A model generated the notes under the pieces. That model was not told where the DNA came from and did no database searches. It was given only the letters and a program-made list of their open reading frames with translations. Shown here piece after piece: positions 38,732 through 48,309 of a stretch of DNA of 64,000 nucleotides. The DNA is taken from assembly GCA_041740355.1 (NCBI GenBank), contig JBGSMD010000063.1, positions 32,001 to 96,000 on the forward strand, given 5' to 3'. Each line of letters opens with the position of its first letter. Position 1 is the first letter of the stretch. This DNA comes from Bdellovibrionota bacterium (lineage in GTDB: Bacteria > Bdellovibrionota_C > UBA2361 > CALJRW01). The position numbers and the translations under genes are program-made.

Positions 38732-40402
38732 TTACAATACTGGCACATCGCCTGCACTAGCCGGCGTTTCGTCATCACCTATATCGTTGATATTACCATA
38801 TCCAAGATTACCCTCATCCCCATATCCCCAACATCTTACAGCACCAGTATCTAGAAGTGCACAAGTATGACTAACAATATAAGAAATTCTAGCATTTGAA
38901 GTAGTTATTTGAGTAACAGTGCCACCAACATTAATATCACCAACGCTAGCTGGAACCTCATTGTCTCCAATCGTTGTAAAATTTCCATAACCAAGTTGAC
39001 CAGAACCTCCAAAACCCCAACACTTCACGGCACCAGTATCAAGTAGTGCGCAAGTGTGAGTTTTACCCGCAGATATTTGGGTTACCGTACCGCCAACATC
39101 AACGTTATCAATACTTGCAGGTGTTTCATTGTCACCAACACTATATATATTACCGTAACCAAGTTGGCCCTCTTCGGCATATCCCCAACATTTTACTGCT
39201 CCAGTAGCTAAAAGCGCACAAGTATGATTATTGCCAGCAGATATTTGAGTTACTGTACCACCAACATTTATATCACCAACATTAGCTGGAGCCTCATTAT
39301 CTCCAATAGTTTCAACATTTCCATAACCAAGTTGACCAGAACCTCCAAACCCCCAACACCTAACGGCACCATTATCAAGTAGTGCGCAAGTGTGACCACT
39401 GCCCACAGATATTTGAGTTACAGTACCGCCAACATCAACGTTACCAATACTAGCAGGTGTTTCATTGTCACCAATACTATTTGTATTACCGTAACCAAGT
39501 CGGCCATTTCCTCCATCGCCCCAACATTTTACAGCTCCAGTATCTAAAAGGGCGCAAGTATGCTTTCTACCAGCCGATATTTGAGTTACCGTACCGCCAA
39601 CATCAACGTTACCAATACTAGCAGGTGTTTCATTGTCACCAATACTATTTGTATTACCGTAACCAAGTCGGCCATTTCCTCCATCGCCCCAACATCTTAC
39701 TGCTCCAGTATCTAAGAGTGCGCATGTATGTTCTTCTCCCGCTGATACTTGAGTTATAGTACCACCTACATTCACATCTCCAACACTAGTTGGAGTTTCG
39801 TTATCTCCAATATTGATTACATTAGCATATCCAAGTTGACCAGAACCTCCATAGCCCCAACATTTAACATTACCAGTCTCCACAAGGGCACAGGTATGCG
39901 CACCACCAGCGACTATTTCCAAGACTTTGTATAGACAAGTATTCGGACAAGTATCATCATCGTTACTATTCCCATCATCGCATTGTTCATCAGACTGGAC
40001 AATTCCATCACCACATTCTGGAAAATTACAAGAATTAGTACATAAGTCTGTGCTAACTAAATTCCCATCATCACACTGCTCACCCATGGATACGTCTAAT
40101 ATTGTGTTTCCACAGGTATGACTACACGCAACTAACCCAGCTATATGCAGGTTCTTCATTTTTAGTGATTGCTTATTATATTTTTTTAAGGCAGTAGCTA
40201 CATATAATTTCTTTAGATCTGATTGTAGTTTCTTGAAAGTTATAAATTTCTTTTTCTGGATTTTACCAGGTTTCCATGAGCCTTTAATTTGACTGCAAAC
40301 AAACGTTTGTCCATCTTTAGTAACGGTAACTGTCTGTGCAAAAACTGAAGATGATAAACAAAAGAATACACAAGCGGATAATAATGAAAGCCTAATTTTC
40401 AT
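38732..40402 (-). CDS. Secreted RCC1/BLIP-II beta-propeller protein with Cys-rich repeats, paralogue 2
   Basis: Same architecture as paralogue 1; 168-bp internal repeat period. Confidence 0.9.
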   Translation of the reverse strand: MKIRLSLLSACVFFCLSSSVFAQTVTVTKDGQTFVCSQIKGSWKPGKIQKKKFITFKKLQSDLKKLYVATALKKYNKQSLKMKNLHIAGLVACSHTCGNTILDVSMGEQCDDGNLVSTDLCTNSCNFPECGDGIVQSDEQCDDGNSNDDDTCPNTCLYKVLEIVAGGAHTCALVETGNVKCWGYGGSGQLGYANVINIGDNETPTSVGDVNVGGTITQVSAGEEHTCALLDTGAVRCWGDGGNGRLGYGNTNSIGDNETPASIGNVDVGGTVTQISAGRKHTCALLDTGAVKCWGDGGNGRLGYGNTNSIGDNETPASIGNVDVGGTVTQISVGSGHTCALLDNGAVRCWGFGGSGQLGYGNVETIGDNEAPANVGDINVGGTVTQISAGNNHTCALLATGAVKCWGYAEEGQLGYGNIYSVGDNETPASIDNVDVGGTVTQISAGKTHTCALLDTGAVKCWGFGGSGQLGYGNFTTIGDNEVPASVGDINVGGTVTQITTSNARISYIVSHTCALLDTGAVRCWGYGDEGNLGYGNINDIGDDETPASAGDVPVL

Positions 40403-40473
40403 AAATTTTTCTCAAATTTGAAGTGCTAAAAAATCGCACTTATTAATCGTTAAATAATACGGCAGGTAGATAA

Positions 40474-40501
40474 CTATCGGATCACCAAGTCTTAGACTTT
40501 A
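40474..40501 (-). promoter_or_regulatory. Sigma-28-like promoter
   Basis: TAAAGTCT-N12-TCCGATAG within a duplicated upstream block. Confidence 0.6.
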
Positions 40502-40687
40502 GAAAAGATAATTAATGATTAGATTGGATGAAGGAAAGAAGATTAAAGCTTCTTAGATACCAAGAAGAGTAACAAGCACTCCTTAAACTGTCCTGAAAGT
40601 TAAGAATATGAAGTAAACAACCGAGTCTACTTCAGGCTTTAACTCCACACCTAACAATCTAATATTACTAATTAAAATGATTTATGA

Positions 40688-41104
40688 TTGAATAAGTGTA
40701 TAATAAACTATACACTTAACTCAATGAAAAGATCTCTTCCTTCTCATCTTAACACAACTAACCTCGCAATTATCCGATGTCTCTACCTAAGCGACTTCCC
40801 AGTTCCACTTCGTGAAATCGCTTATCGAACTAATCTTCAGATTAGAACTGTACAACTGATCTTAGAAAAATTTTTGAAAGAAAAAATTGTTCGAAAAAAA
40901 CGGAAAGGGCAACGGACTTCCTATACTATTAATAAAGAAGATCCCTACATTATTTTGCTTAACGAATTTATCGAGAAGCAAAATATGATGGAACTAAATC
41001 TGGCATCTCAAGAATATTCTGAAAGAGCTACTAATGCTCTACCCAATATTGTCAAAATGTATGAATTAGTAACTAGAGGTAAGAGAGATTATGAATCTAG
41101 ATGA
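40688..41104 (+). CDS. Winged-HTH protein (putative antitoxin or regulator)
   Basis: LREIAYRTNLQIRTVQLILEKF helix-turn-helix plus wing; overlaps the NTase gene. Confidence 0.75.
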   Translation: MNKCIINYTLNSMKRSLPSHLNTTNLAIIRCLYLSDFPVPLREIAYRTNLQIRTVQLILEKFLKEKIVRKKRKGQRTSYTINKEDPYIILLNEFIEKQNMMELNLASQEYSERATNALPNIVKMYELVTRGKRDYESR

Positions 41105-41726
41105 TATTTTTGAATATGCTGTTAAAGAACTACATGAGCGTAAATGTAAATTTGCCGTTGCTGGCGGAATAACTTCGTCTGTCTATCGCAGCGAAGTTAG
41201 ATTAACGATGGATGCAGACATACTGATCTATTCTGGAAGCGACTCTCAAAAAATTGCTGAAGAAATTTTAAACAAAATAAATTATTCTGTTTCTTCTGCA
41301 ACGATTGCTAATCTTTCCCCCGCTCCGCGAATGAATAAGAAATCTCTACCAACCCTGATTATTGTTGGCCGACCTAAAGATAAGGGAGATATTGGACTAG
41401 ATTTCATTCTCCCTGATATGCCGTGGTTCCCAAAGGCAATAAGTCGCGCGCAAGATAATTTAATTGATTTTGGGTTTGGAAAAATCCCCTGTTTAACAAT
41501 TGAAGATTTTATTATTTCTAAGTTATTTGCTTATCAACTAGCTCCCAAGAGAATCAAAGATCTAGACGATCTAACTTCTGTCTTTCAAAAAAAATCAAAG
41601 CTAGATCTTTCCTATCTTTGCGCTGAGTTAGAAAGATTAAAGATTGGAATACCAAAAGAACTCTATCAAATCGCACCGAAGGCACTACGAGTTCTTAGTA
41701 AAAGAATGAAGATCTCCTCTAAATGA
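41091..41726 (+). CDS. Pol-beta-superfamily nucleotidyltransferase (AbiEii/DUF6036-like)
   Basis: VAGG...RLTMDADIL, LDF, EDFIISKL, RIKDLDDL. Confidence 0.75.
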   Translation: MNLDDIFEYAVKELHERKCKFAVAGGITSSVYRSEVRLTMDADILIYSGSDSQKIAEEILNKINYSVSSATIANLSPAPRMNKKSLPTLIIVGRPKDKGDIGLDFILPDMPWFPKAISRAQDNLIDFGFGKIPCLTIEDFIISKLFAYQLAPKRIKDLDDLTSVFQKKSKLDLSYLCAELERLKIGIPKELYQIAPKALRVLSKRMKISSK

Positions 41727-41727
41727 A

Positions 41728-41955
41728 CTATCTATCCTTATAGAGTTCCCTCTCCAAGCTCTCCGCCACCTTTAAAATATCAGGCGAATAAGTTTTCGCT
41801 TTAACCGCAGCTTTAATGGCAGCAATCTTAGCTTTTCTTTCAGGAGTTAATTCAGGAGTAAAGCTAACTTCAATTTCTTCAACAAGTTTAGGAATTAAAG
41901 ATCTAGCATTAGACGAAGTGATACTTTGTGGAGATTTTTTTGCGGTGTTTTTCAT
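41728..41955 (-). CDS. flgM: FlgM-like anti-sigma-28 factor
   Basis: ERKAKIAAIKAAVKAKTYSPDILKVAESL matches the FlgM C-terminal motif; ATG 41955 gives 75 aa. Confidence 0.65.
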   Translation of the reverse strand: MKNTAKKSPQSITSSNARSLIPKLVEEIEVSFTPELTPERKAKIAAIKAAVKAKTYSPDILKVAESLERELYKDR

Positions 41956-42158
41956 TTTCTTTTTATAAGGCACAAGTTGACTAAGTTTCTTCAAATAGTT
42001 AGCTATAAATTTACTGACGCAAATAAAAATATTGCCTTCAATAAATGTTATGCTTAGATTTTGCTGACCTGTAACCCTATCTGAACACAAGAATAACACT
42101 TGGGGCCCAAAGCCCCAAGCTATAACCATTTGAAAAAGTGAAAAAAACCTGTAATTTA

Positions 42159-42186
42159 CTATCGGTGCAATAATTAGCTAGCTTGA
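42159..42186 (-). promoter_or_regulatory. Sigma-28-like promoter upstream of the flgM-like gene
   Basis: TCAAGCTA-N12-ACCGATAG. Confidence 0.45.
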
Positions 42187-42233
42187 GTACTTTTTTAGAT
42201 ATTTTATATTTCTTTTAACCACCTAATATTACA

Positions 42234-42698
42234 ATGAAAATAAAATTAATCTGTGGTTTTAAGTTAAAACAGGAAGAACTGTTTCAATTAGAACAATCAT
42301 ATCTAAAACGTCTTAAAAACGAGTATCGGCTAGAGATTGTCGAGGTCCCTTACACAAAGAATCAGTCTGCTGATGAGATTAAGAGCCGACATCCAGCGGA
42401 ACTACTCGCCAAATCCTCACCATCAGCCTTTAAAGTGCTTTTAGCGGAAGATGGCAAATCAATGACTACCAATCAACTAGCAAGTATAGTTGATGAGAAG
42501 AAGCTAACTGGCCTAAATGAGTTACATTTTTTTATTGGTGGGCCATACGGAATTGCCAAAGATGCTTATCCTTTGTTTAATTTAAAATTAAACATTTCGT
42601 TAATGACATTCACCGCAGAATTTTGTAGGTTGATCATCATTGAACAAATTTATCGCTTGCAATGTATCAGTTTAGGCGTTCCGTATCATAAAGAGTAA
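42234..42698 (+). CDS. rlmH: 23S rRNA pseudouridine-1915 methyltransferase
   Basis: YLKRL, FFIGGPYG, SLMTF, EQIYR...PYHKE. Confidence 0.9.
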   Translation: MKIKLICGFKLKQEELFQLEQSYLKRLKNEYRLEIVEVPYTKNQSADEIKSRHPAELLAKSSPSAFKVLLAEDGKSMTTNQLASIVDEKKLTGLNELHFFIGGPYGIAKDAYPLFNLKLNISLMTFTAEFCRLIIIEQIYRLQCISLGVPYHKE

Positions 42699-42702
42699 AC
42701 AT

Positions 42703-43164
42703 ATGTCAGCAAAAACAAAGCCTACAAACTTAGTACTAAAGTCGATTACCGGGGATAAAGATCCTGTTCGACTTATTGAAGATTTTATTCAAGACCTGGG
42801 CTTTGATGCCGAAGAATGTTTAAACATTCGTAGCGCTGAGACTTGTCGTTGGGTTGTTCCTCTTAATGATGAAGTTCAATTAGAGCTACTCCTAGAAAAC
42901 ATTAAACAAGTCTTTGGAACTATTCTTTACATGGGTGTTAACCTAACAACTGTTCCTTTAAAAGATACTCAAAATTTTTTAATTCATGCTCTGGAAACTG
43001 CTGACTCCTTAATTGGAGTTAAGGTCAGCGTTGTTGGTCATTTCTTGGTATTAAGTAGCACTGCTAATCTACATGATAAAAACATCTCCGATATTAATTA
43101 TCAAATGACAGAATTGTTACAACAAAGCGCTTGGTATCAAGGTGCCCTAACAAATAACGATTAG
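42703..43164 (+). CDS. Hypothetical protein, YbjN/CesT chaperone-like fold
   Basis: Small acidic alpha/beta protein; VPLKDTQNFLIHALE pattern. Confidence 0.45.
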   Translation: MSAKTKPTNLVLKSITGDKDPVRLIEDFIQDLGFDAEECLNIRSAETCRWVVPLNDEVQLELLLENIKQVFGTILYMGVNLTTVPLKDTQNFLIHALETADSLIGVKVSVVGHFLVLSSTANLHDKNISDINYQMTELLQQSAWYQGALTNND

Positions 43165-43925
43165 TAACACCGCAAAAAAAACTTATTTAATTCTTTAATA
43201 TAAAAATCAGTATTCAGATGATGAATATTATGTCCCGCATCAGACGCAATTATTAGCTTTGAATCAGGAATTATTTTCTTTACCTCTCTCGCAATCCCTA
43301 CGAACTTGGAATCTTTTTCACCATTAACCAGGGCTACTGGGCAAGTAATCTTACTTAAATCTTCCCAGTAACTTGGCATCTTTCCAGGAGAAAGATCTTC
43401 TAGAATTTTGGCTATTTGAATTGGATCATGTTCAAGTTTTTCAGAAACTATATTTTTTTGCATTTCTTCACTTAGGGCAAAAATTGGATTTTGATACCAA
43501 CTCTTAAGGAATTCTTCAAATCCAGAATCTCGAATCTGATCAGCGAGGTGTCGATCTAAGATTAATCTTTCTTCTCTTTCTTTAGAATCAGCTATCCCAG
43601 GATTCAAGCTTTCTAAAAACAAACCGGAATAAGTCTTAGGAGATTTTAAATACAAACCTAATGCAAGTCTTGCTCCTAGTGAATAACCTACTAGAATTTT
43701 TTGCTTAGAGGGAATTGTTAGAAGTTGATCGTTCAAGGAATTTAAAAAGTCTTGATATTCTATCGCTTCACTAGTTGGAACCTCAGAGAATAGGTCAACT
43801 GAGTAAACAGCATAAGGTACATTAAGATTTTTGATGATATCAGCAAAATCTTCGGTCTTACTTAAGAAACCGGGAATAAAGATTATTCCCGTTGAGTGCT
43901 GATTGGCGAGATGCTTAATTAGCAT
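43161..43925 (-). CDS. menH: SHCHC synthase MenH
   Basis: GYSLGARLAL, ESLNPG, WYQNPIF, GEKDSKF, AGHNIH; next to menD. Confidence 0.9.
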   Translation of the reverse strand: MLIKHLANQHSTGIIFIPGFLSKTEDFADIIKNLNVPYAVYSVDLFSEVPTSEAIEYQDFLNSLNDQLLTIPSKQKILVGYSLGARLALGLYLKSPKTYSGLFLESLNPGIADSKEREERLILDRHLADQIRDSGFEEFLKSWYQNPIFALSEEMQKNIVSEKLEHDPIQIAKILEDLSPGKMPSYWEDLSKITCPVALVNGEKDSKFVGIAREVKKIIPDSKLIIASDAGHNIHHLNTDFYIKELNKFFLRCY

Positions 43926-45637
43926 TGCTGGAAAAATTCACTAGCTTGTAATCCATTGGTCACAATTTCTGTAAACGTGCTGGAGTTTGTTTGCTTAATT
44001 TTAGATAATCTTGCTTCTAGCTCACTTAAACTCTGAACTCGTGCGAAATCTAATTTAAAAGATTCGGCTATCTTTAGATAATCAAAATTATGAGTGTTAG
44101 TTAGCAAGGAATTAACGACAGGTTCCTTCAGTAAATTAAATACTGCTCCCCCTGAATTATTAACTAAGACTAAATGAAACTTATCCTTAGGTAAGAGAGA
44201 AAGAGCTGTTAAATCATGATTTAAAGCTTGGTCCCCAATAAACAAATAGGTTACTTGATCACTAGCATCTCTGGCTCCCAGAGCGGAGGAAAGAACACCA
44301 TCAATTCCCACACACCCGCGATTAGATCGAACCGTAATGTTTTTATCTTTAAATTCAGCAAAAAATTCTAATTCACGAAAGATTAGACTAGAAGAATGGT
44401 AAACCAAGGAATTAGCAGGAATACTTTTAATGAGATGATAAATTGCAGAAGCTTCTTGATACTCACTTGCAAAATCTAACTTAGATTTCTCTGATTGCTC
44501 TGCTTCTTTTTTGTGCCAATTATCTGAATATTTAGCATCCTCTTTTACTAATAACTTGTATTCTAAAGCCTTAGTATAATCAGCAAGGCTTACAAAAAAG
44601 TGATAATCAAAGTTAATCAATTCATTTTCAACAGCATCTTGTCTTTGATTTGATTCTGAAAATAAATACTTGGGACATTCTTGCTTTGATAAAAACTTCC
44701 TCAAGTTTTCAGAGACTATTCTATCTCCAAAATATAGAATTAAATCCGGATTAAAATCATCAGAAATATCTTTTAAATATAAGTTATAAAGTGATAAAGC
44801 TTGTGATCTGCCGCGTAAGTTAGAATCAATATCAGCAAGGATTGGCGCTTTGATTTTTTGAGCTAATTGATTCAATGTTTGCGCATTTGCCGGCGTTTGC
44901 GGTCCAGCAATAATTAATGTTTTTTTAGATAGGCTTAAATCATTGGCTAGCAGATCGAGCGAACCTAAATCAGGAACTGGCTGATAATTAATAAATGTTC
45001 GAAATGGCCTTTTTCTTGCTGCCCAAGTAGTCAGAATATTTCTTTGTTCAGACGATACTTGATTAAAATCAAAGGAGTCTAAAGTATAAGGTTTACGGTA
45101 AACAAGATTTAAATGAACAGGCCCAGCTGGTAAAGTCTTGGCTGTCTGAACTAGTTGATCCAAATTAGCTAACAGCGCATCAGCAGAAAACTCATCTGAC
45201 AAAGCTGGTAGATTTAAATTTAACTTAGAAAATTCCTGGTAAAAATTTACTTGATTTACAGTTTGATTAGCACGAGAGTTTTGTAATTCCCAAGGCCGGT
45301 CACAAGTAATAATAATTAAAGGAGCCTGATCATAAAAAGCTTCCATCACTCCCGGTAATAAATTCCCTAGTGCTGTTCCTGAAGTAACTAATAAAACAAC
45401 AGGATGCTTAGTTGTCTTGGCAAAAGCCTTTGCCCAAAAAGCTAATTGTCTTTCATCATTAAAAAGTTTGATATTGGTTTTGGGGTGTTGGTGGATGGCA
45501 TTAAGTAGGGGTAACATCCGCGCGCCTGGAGCAACCGCATATTGTGTAACATCTAAGCGGTACAGTTCTTCCACAATTAGCCTACTCGCTAAGTCTTGAA
45601 ACCCTTTTAAATCAGTAAATAATTTTTGTTCTAACAT
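43919..45637 (-). CDS. menD: SEPHCHC synthase MenD
   Basis: APGAR, DER, TSGTA, DRPWEL...ANQT, NRGCVGIDG, GD...HD, NNSGGAVF. Confidence 0.93.
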   Translation of the reverse strand: MLEQKLFTDLKGFQDLASRLIVEELYRLDVTQYAVAPGARMLPLLNAIHQHPKTNIKLFNDERQLAFWAKAFAKTTKHPVVLLVTSGTALGNLLPGVMEAFYDQAPLIIITCDRPWELQNSRANQTVNQVNFYQEFSKLNLNLPALSDEFSADALLANLDQLVQTAKTLPAGPVHLNLVYRKPYTLDSFDFNQVSSEQRNILTTWAARKRPFRTFINYQPVPDLGSLDLLANDLSLSKKTLIIAGPQTPANAQTLNQLAQKIKAPILADIDSNLRGRSQALSLYNLYLKDISDDFNPDLILYFGDRIVSENLRKFLSKQECPKYLFSESNQRQDAVENELINFDYHFFVSLADYTKALEYKLLVKEDAKYSDNWHKKEAEQSEKSKLDFASEYQEASAIYHLIKSIPANSLVYHSSSLIFRELEFFAEFKDKNITVRSNRGCVGIDGVLSSALGARDASDQVTYLFIGDQALNHDLTALSLLPKDKFHLVLVNNSGGAVFNLLKEPVVNSLLTNTHNFDYLKIAESFKLDFARVQSLSELEARLSKIKQTNSSTFTEIVTNGLQASEFFQQC

Positions 45638-47715
45638 TACTCTTTTAATTTGTCTGCAATTTGCACAATTCCATTTAAGCCTGAACGTTTAAAGACTTTC
45701 TCTTTAAGATCATTCTTAGGCTTTTTATTCCTCATGTTAAAGGAAGTAATATAATCCTCATCTATTGGGTCAATCTCAAAATCATATTTTGTTTCACCGA
45801 TTTCATTCCCCGATATTACTTCTACTGGAATATCTTCCACAAATCTACTCGGTGCCCGATAATAGCCGCCGTAACCGAAACTGGACATGGCTGAGGCCAT
45901 ACTGCGCTGCTGGGCGTAGGTTAAAAAGAGTTGTTCCCTGGCTCGGGTGATTCCCACGTAACAAAGCCTTCTTTCTTCATCAATAGAATTTTCATCAATG
46001 GAACGACTGTGAGGGACTAGCCCTTCTTCTAGTCCAGTAAAAAATACTACAGGAAATTCTAGTCCCTTAGCCATGTGCAAAGTCATGAGTGATACAAAAT
46101 TTGCTTCATTATCCTCCACGTTACCATTACTTTGATCAACTGCTGTCATTAAAGCGACGTGATCCAAAAATTCAGCCAATGAATCTTCTTTAGCAGAAAA
46201 TCCTTCCGCCACGGCAACTAATTCGGCAATATTTTCTTTGCGATCCTGATCTTTATCATCATCAGTTAAATTTAATTCGAGGTACTTAGTTTTCTCAAGG
46301 ATATCACGAACATTTTCTGCGACTGTTATTTGATCTTTGCGATCTTGCCAACTCTTAAGCATAATCACAAAATCAAGTAACTTGCGATTAGTGATATCAG
46401 CTTTCAATAAATACTCCCAAGCCGAAAGTCCTTGGATCTCTGCTTGATCAATAATGTTCTGTAAAGTTTGTGCTCCAATCCCACGTCGTGGAACATTGAT
46501 AATTCGGATTAATGCTTGCGTGTCTGAAGGATTATGGATTAAACGTAAGTAAGCTAAGATGTCTTTTACTTCTTTGCGTTCATAGAACTTAAAGCCACCA
46601 AAGATCTTAAATGGAATCTTCGCTCGAAGAAATGCTTCCTCTAATGCTCGTGACTGCGCGTTGGTACGGTAAAACACAGCATAGTCTTTAAAGCTACGTC
46701 CCTCAGTCATCAAATCTTCAATTTGCCTAACTACAAAATTAGCTTCTTCACTTTCATTATAAAAACTTTTAAATTCGATTAGTGCACCGTCGTTAGAGTC
46801 GGTCCAAAGCTTCTTCGCCTTGCGGTGCATGTTTTTAGAGATAATACCATGTGCCGCATCAAGAATATTCTTAGTAGAGCGATAGTTTTGCTCTAATTTT
46901 ATAGTCACAGTATTTGGATAATCTTTTTCAAAAGATAAAATATTAGTTATATCTGCACCACGAAAAGCATAAATTGACTGGTCGTCATCTCCTACTACCA
47001 ATAAATTATTTTTAGGTTGAGCTAGGTGTTGAATGATATCGTATTGAATTTTATTAGTATCTTGAAACTCATCCACTAAGATAAACTGTAATTGATTCTG
47101 ATAGAGTCGGCGGACATCGGGATGATTATTTAAAAGTTTCAAGCAGTTAAAAATTAAATCCGAAAAATCCATGGCATTATTTTGCATTAATGCTTTCTGG
47201 TAGGCATCGTAAACATCTGCTACATTATTTTTCTTATCTGCGTAATCAGGCTGGAACTCTTCAGGACCAATAAATTTATTCTTTAAGCTATCAATGACAT
47301 TTAAGTAATAACTCGGTGTGACTTTATTATTATTTAAGCCCAACTTTTTTAGAATTTGCTTCATCAGGCTTTGGCCATCATTGGTGTCATAGATCACAAA
47401 TCCAGTTTTATAGCCCAATAATGGAGCGTGCCGACGAAGAATTCGCAGAGACATGGAATGAAAAGTTGAAATCCAAAGTTGCTTCGACTGGGGACCCAAT
47501 AAATTCTCCAACCTCTCGCGCATTTCATTGGTAGCCTTATTAGTGAAAGTTACGGCCAAGATTCGATCTGGGCTAACACCATGTCGATTTACTAAATTCG
47601 CAACTCGATTAGTTAGGACTCTAGTTTTGCCAGTTCCAGCACCTGCTAGAATTAGGATTGGCCCGAGGTGATGATCTACTGCTTTTTGTTGTTCGGGATT
47701 AAGAGAGGTGGACAA
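45637..47715 (-). CDS. uvrD: UvrD/PcrA ATP-dependent DNA helicase
   Basis: AGAGTGKT, VDEFQD, GDDDQSIYAFRGA, NYRST, YRTNAQS, TLHMAKGLEF, EERRLCYVGITRA. Confidence 0.95.
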   Translation of the reverse strand: MSTSLNPEQQKAVDHHLGPILILAGAGTGKTRVLTNRVANLVNRHGVSPDRILAVTFTNKATNEMRERLENLLGPQSKQLWISTFHSMSLRILRRHAPLLGYKTGFVIYDTNDGQSLMKQILKKLGLNNNKVTPSYYLNVIDSLKNKFIGPEEFQPDYADKKNNVADVYDAYQKALMQNNAMDFSDLIFNCLKLLNNHPDVRRLYQNQLQFILVDEFQDTNKIQYDIIQHLAQPKNNLLVVGDDDQSIYAFRGADITNILSFEKDYPNTVTIKLEQNYRSTKNILDAAHGIISKNMHRKAKKLWTDSNDGALIEFKSFYNESEEANFVVRQIEDLMTEGRSFKDYAVFYRTNAQSRALEEAFLRAKIPFKIFGGFKFYERKEVKDILAYLRLIHNPSDTQALIRIINVPRRGIGAQTLQNIIDQAEIQGLSAWEYLLKADITNRKLLDFVIMLKSWQDRKDQITVAENVRDILEKTKYLELNLTDDDKDQDRKENIAELVAVAEGFSAKEDSLAEFLDHVALMTAVDQSNGNVEDNEANFVSLMTLHMAKGLEFPVVFFTGLEEGLVPHSRSIDENSIDEERRLCYVGITRAREQLFLTYAQQRSMASAMSSFGYGGYYRAPSRFVEDIPVEVISGNEIGETKYDFEIDPIDEDYITSFNMRNKKPKNDLKEKVFKRSGLNGIVQIADKLKE

Positions 47716-47848
47716 AATCTTGCTCGTTATTTAAAAATTTCTTTTTAGCCTAATAAGATAACTTAATTTACCCCATCTAGTAAATGTTATCGCAATTTAA
47801 GCCAAAAAGTTCAGTTAAGAGTAAGAGTTTGAAGCTTTTTTAAAAGTA

Positions 47849-48025
47849 CTAAAAGGTTCTCTTTGCAACCTTCTGAAAAGCCAAGGATCTCTTTACACAT
47901 AATGGATCACTGTAATCGGAAAAGTGCTGGCTTTTTAAGTCCTGCACAAAAAGGATTACTAAGTAAACTAAAGTGCCAAGCAGCGCTAAAGTGTCTAGGC
48001 TAAAGATTGTAGTTAAGTATGTCAT
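47849..48025 (-). CDS. Small membrane protein (58 aa)
   Basis: ATG 48025 with GAGG RBS just upstream; one TM helix. Confidence 0.6.
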   Translation of the reverse strand: MTYLTTIFSLDTLALLGTLVYLVILFVQDLKSQHFSDYSDPLCVKRSLAFQKVAKRTF

Positions 48026-48047
48026 GTTAAAACCTCGTCTAAAATTA

Positions 48048-48085
48048 TAAACCCTCCGCAGATGAAATTTGCGGAGGGTGAGTGT
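48048..48085. repeat. Family A left-end fragment
   Basis: taaaccctccgcagatgaaatttgcggagggtgagtgt, near-identical to 51685-51722. Confidence 0.85.
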
Positions 48086-48309
48086 CACCTGAGTCTTGTT
48101 CTCAGGTTCTAGGATATTTCTATATCAAAGCTTTATGTCTTTCAAGTATATTTCTATGTTTTAGTTAAATTCTATAAAAATGTTCTAATGCACGATCTCC
48201 CTGAGAACTTAGCAATAGAAATTAGTGAGTATTTTAAGGTAGTTATGAATTCTTGTAATTTAAGCACAATATCATAAGATACAAGCTCTTAACTTAATAC
48301 TCAGTTCGC

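Noticed and set aside
36674-40402. RCC1 repeats as DGR template/variable repeats served by the RT
   Set aside because: All repeats are in-frame coding, differences are not restricted to adenines, no non-coding template repeat or avd gene is seen, and the RT is about 23 kb away.
41956-42129. N-terminal 58 codons of the 133-aa ORF
   Set aside because: FlgM-like size and composition fit a start at 41955; the upstream part looks like leader sequence.
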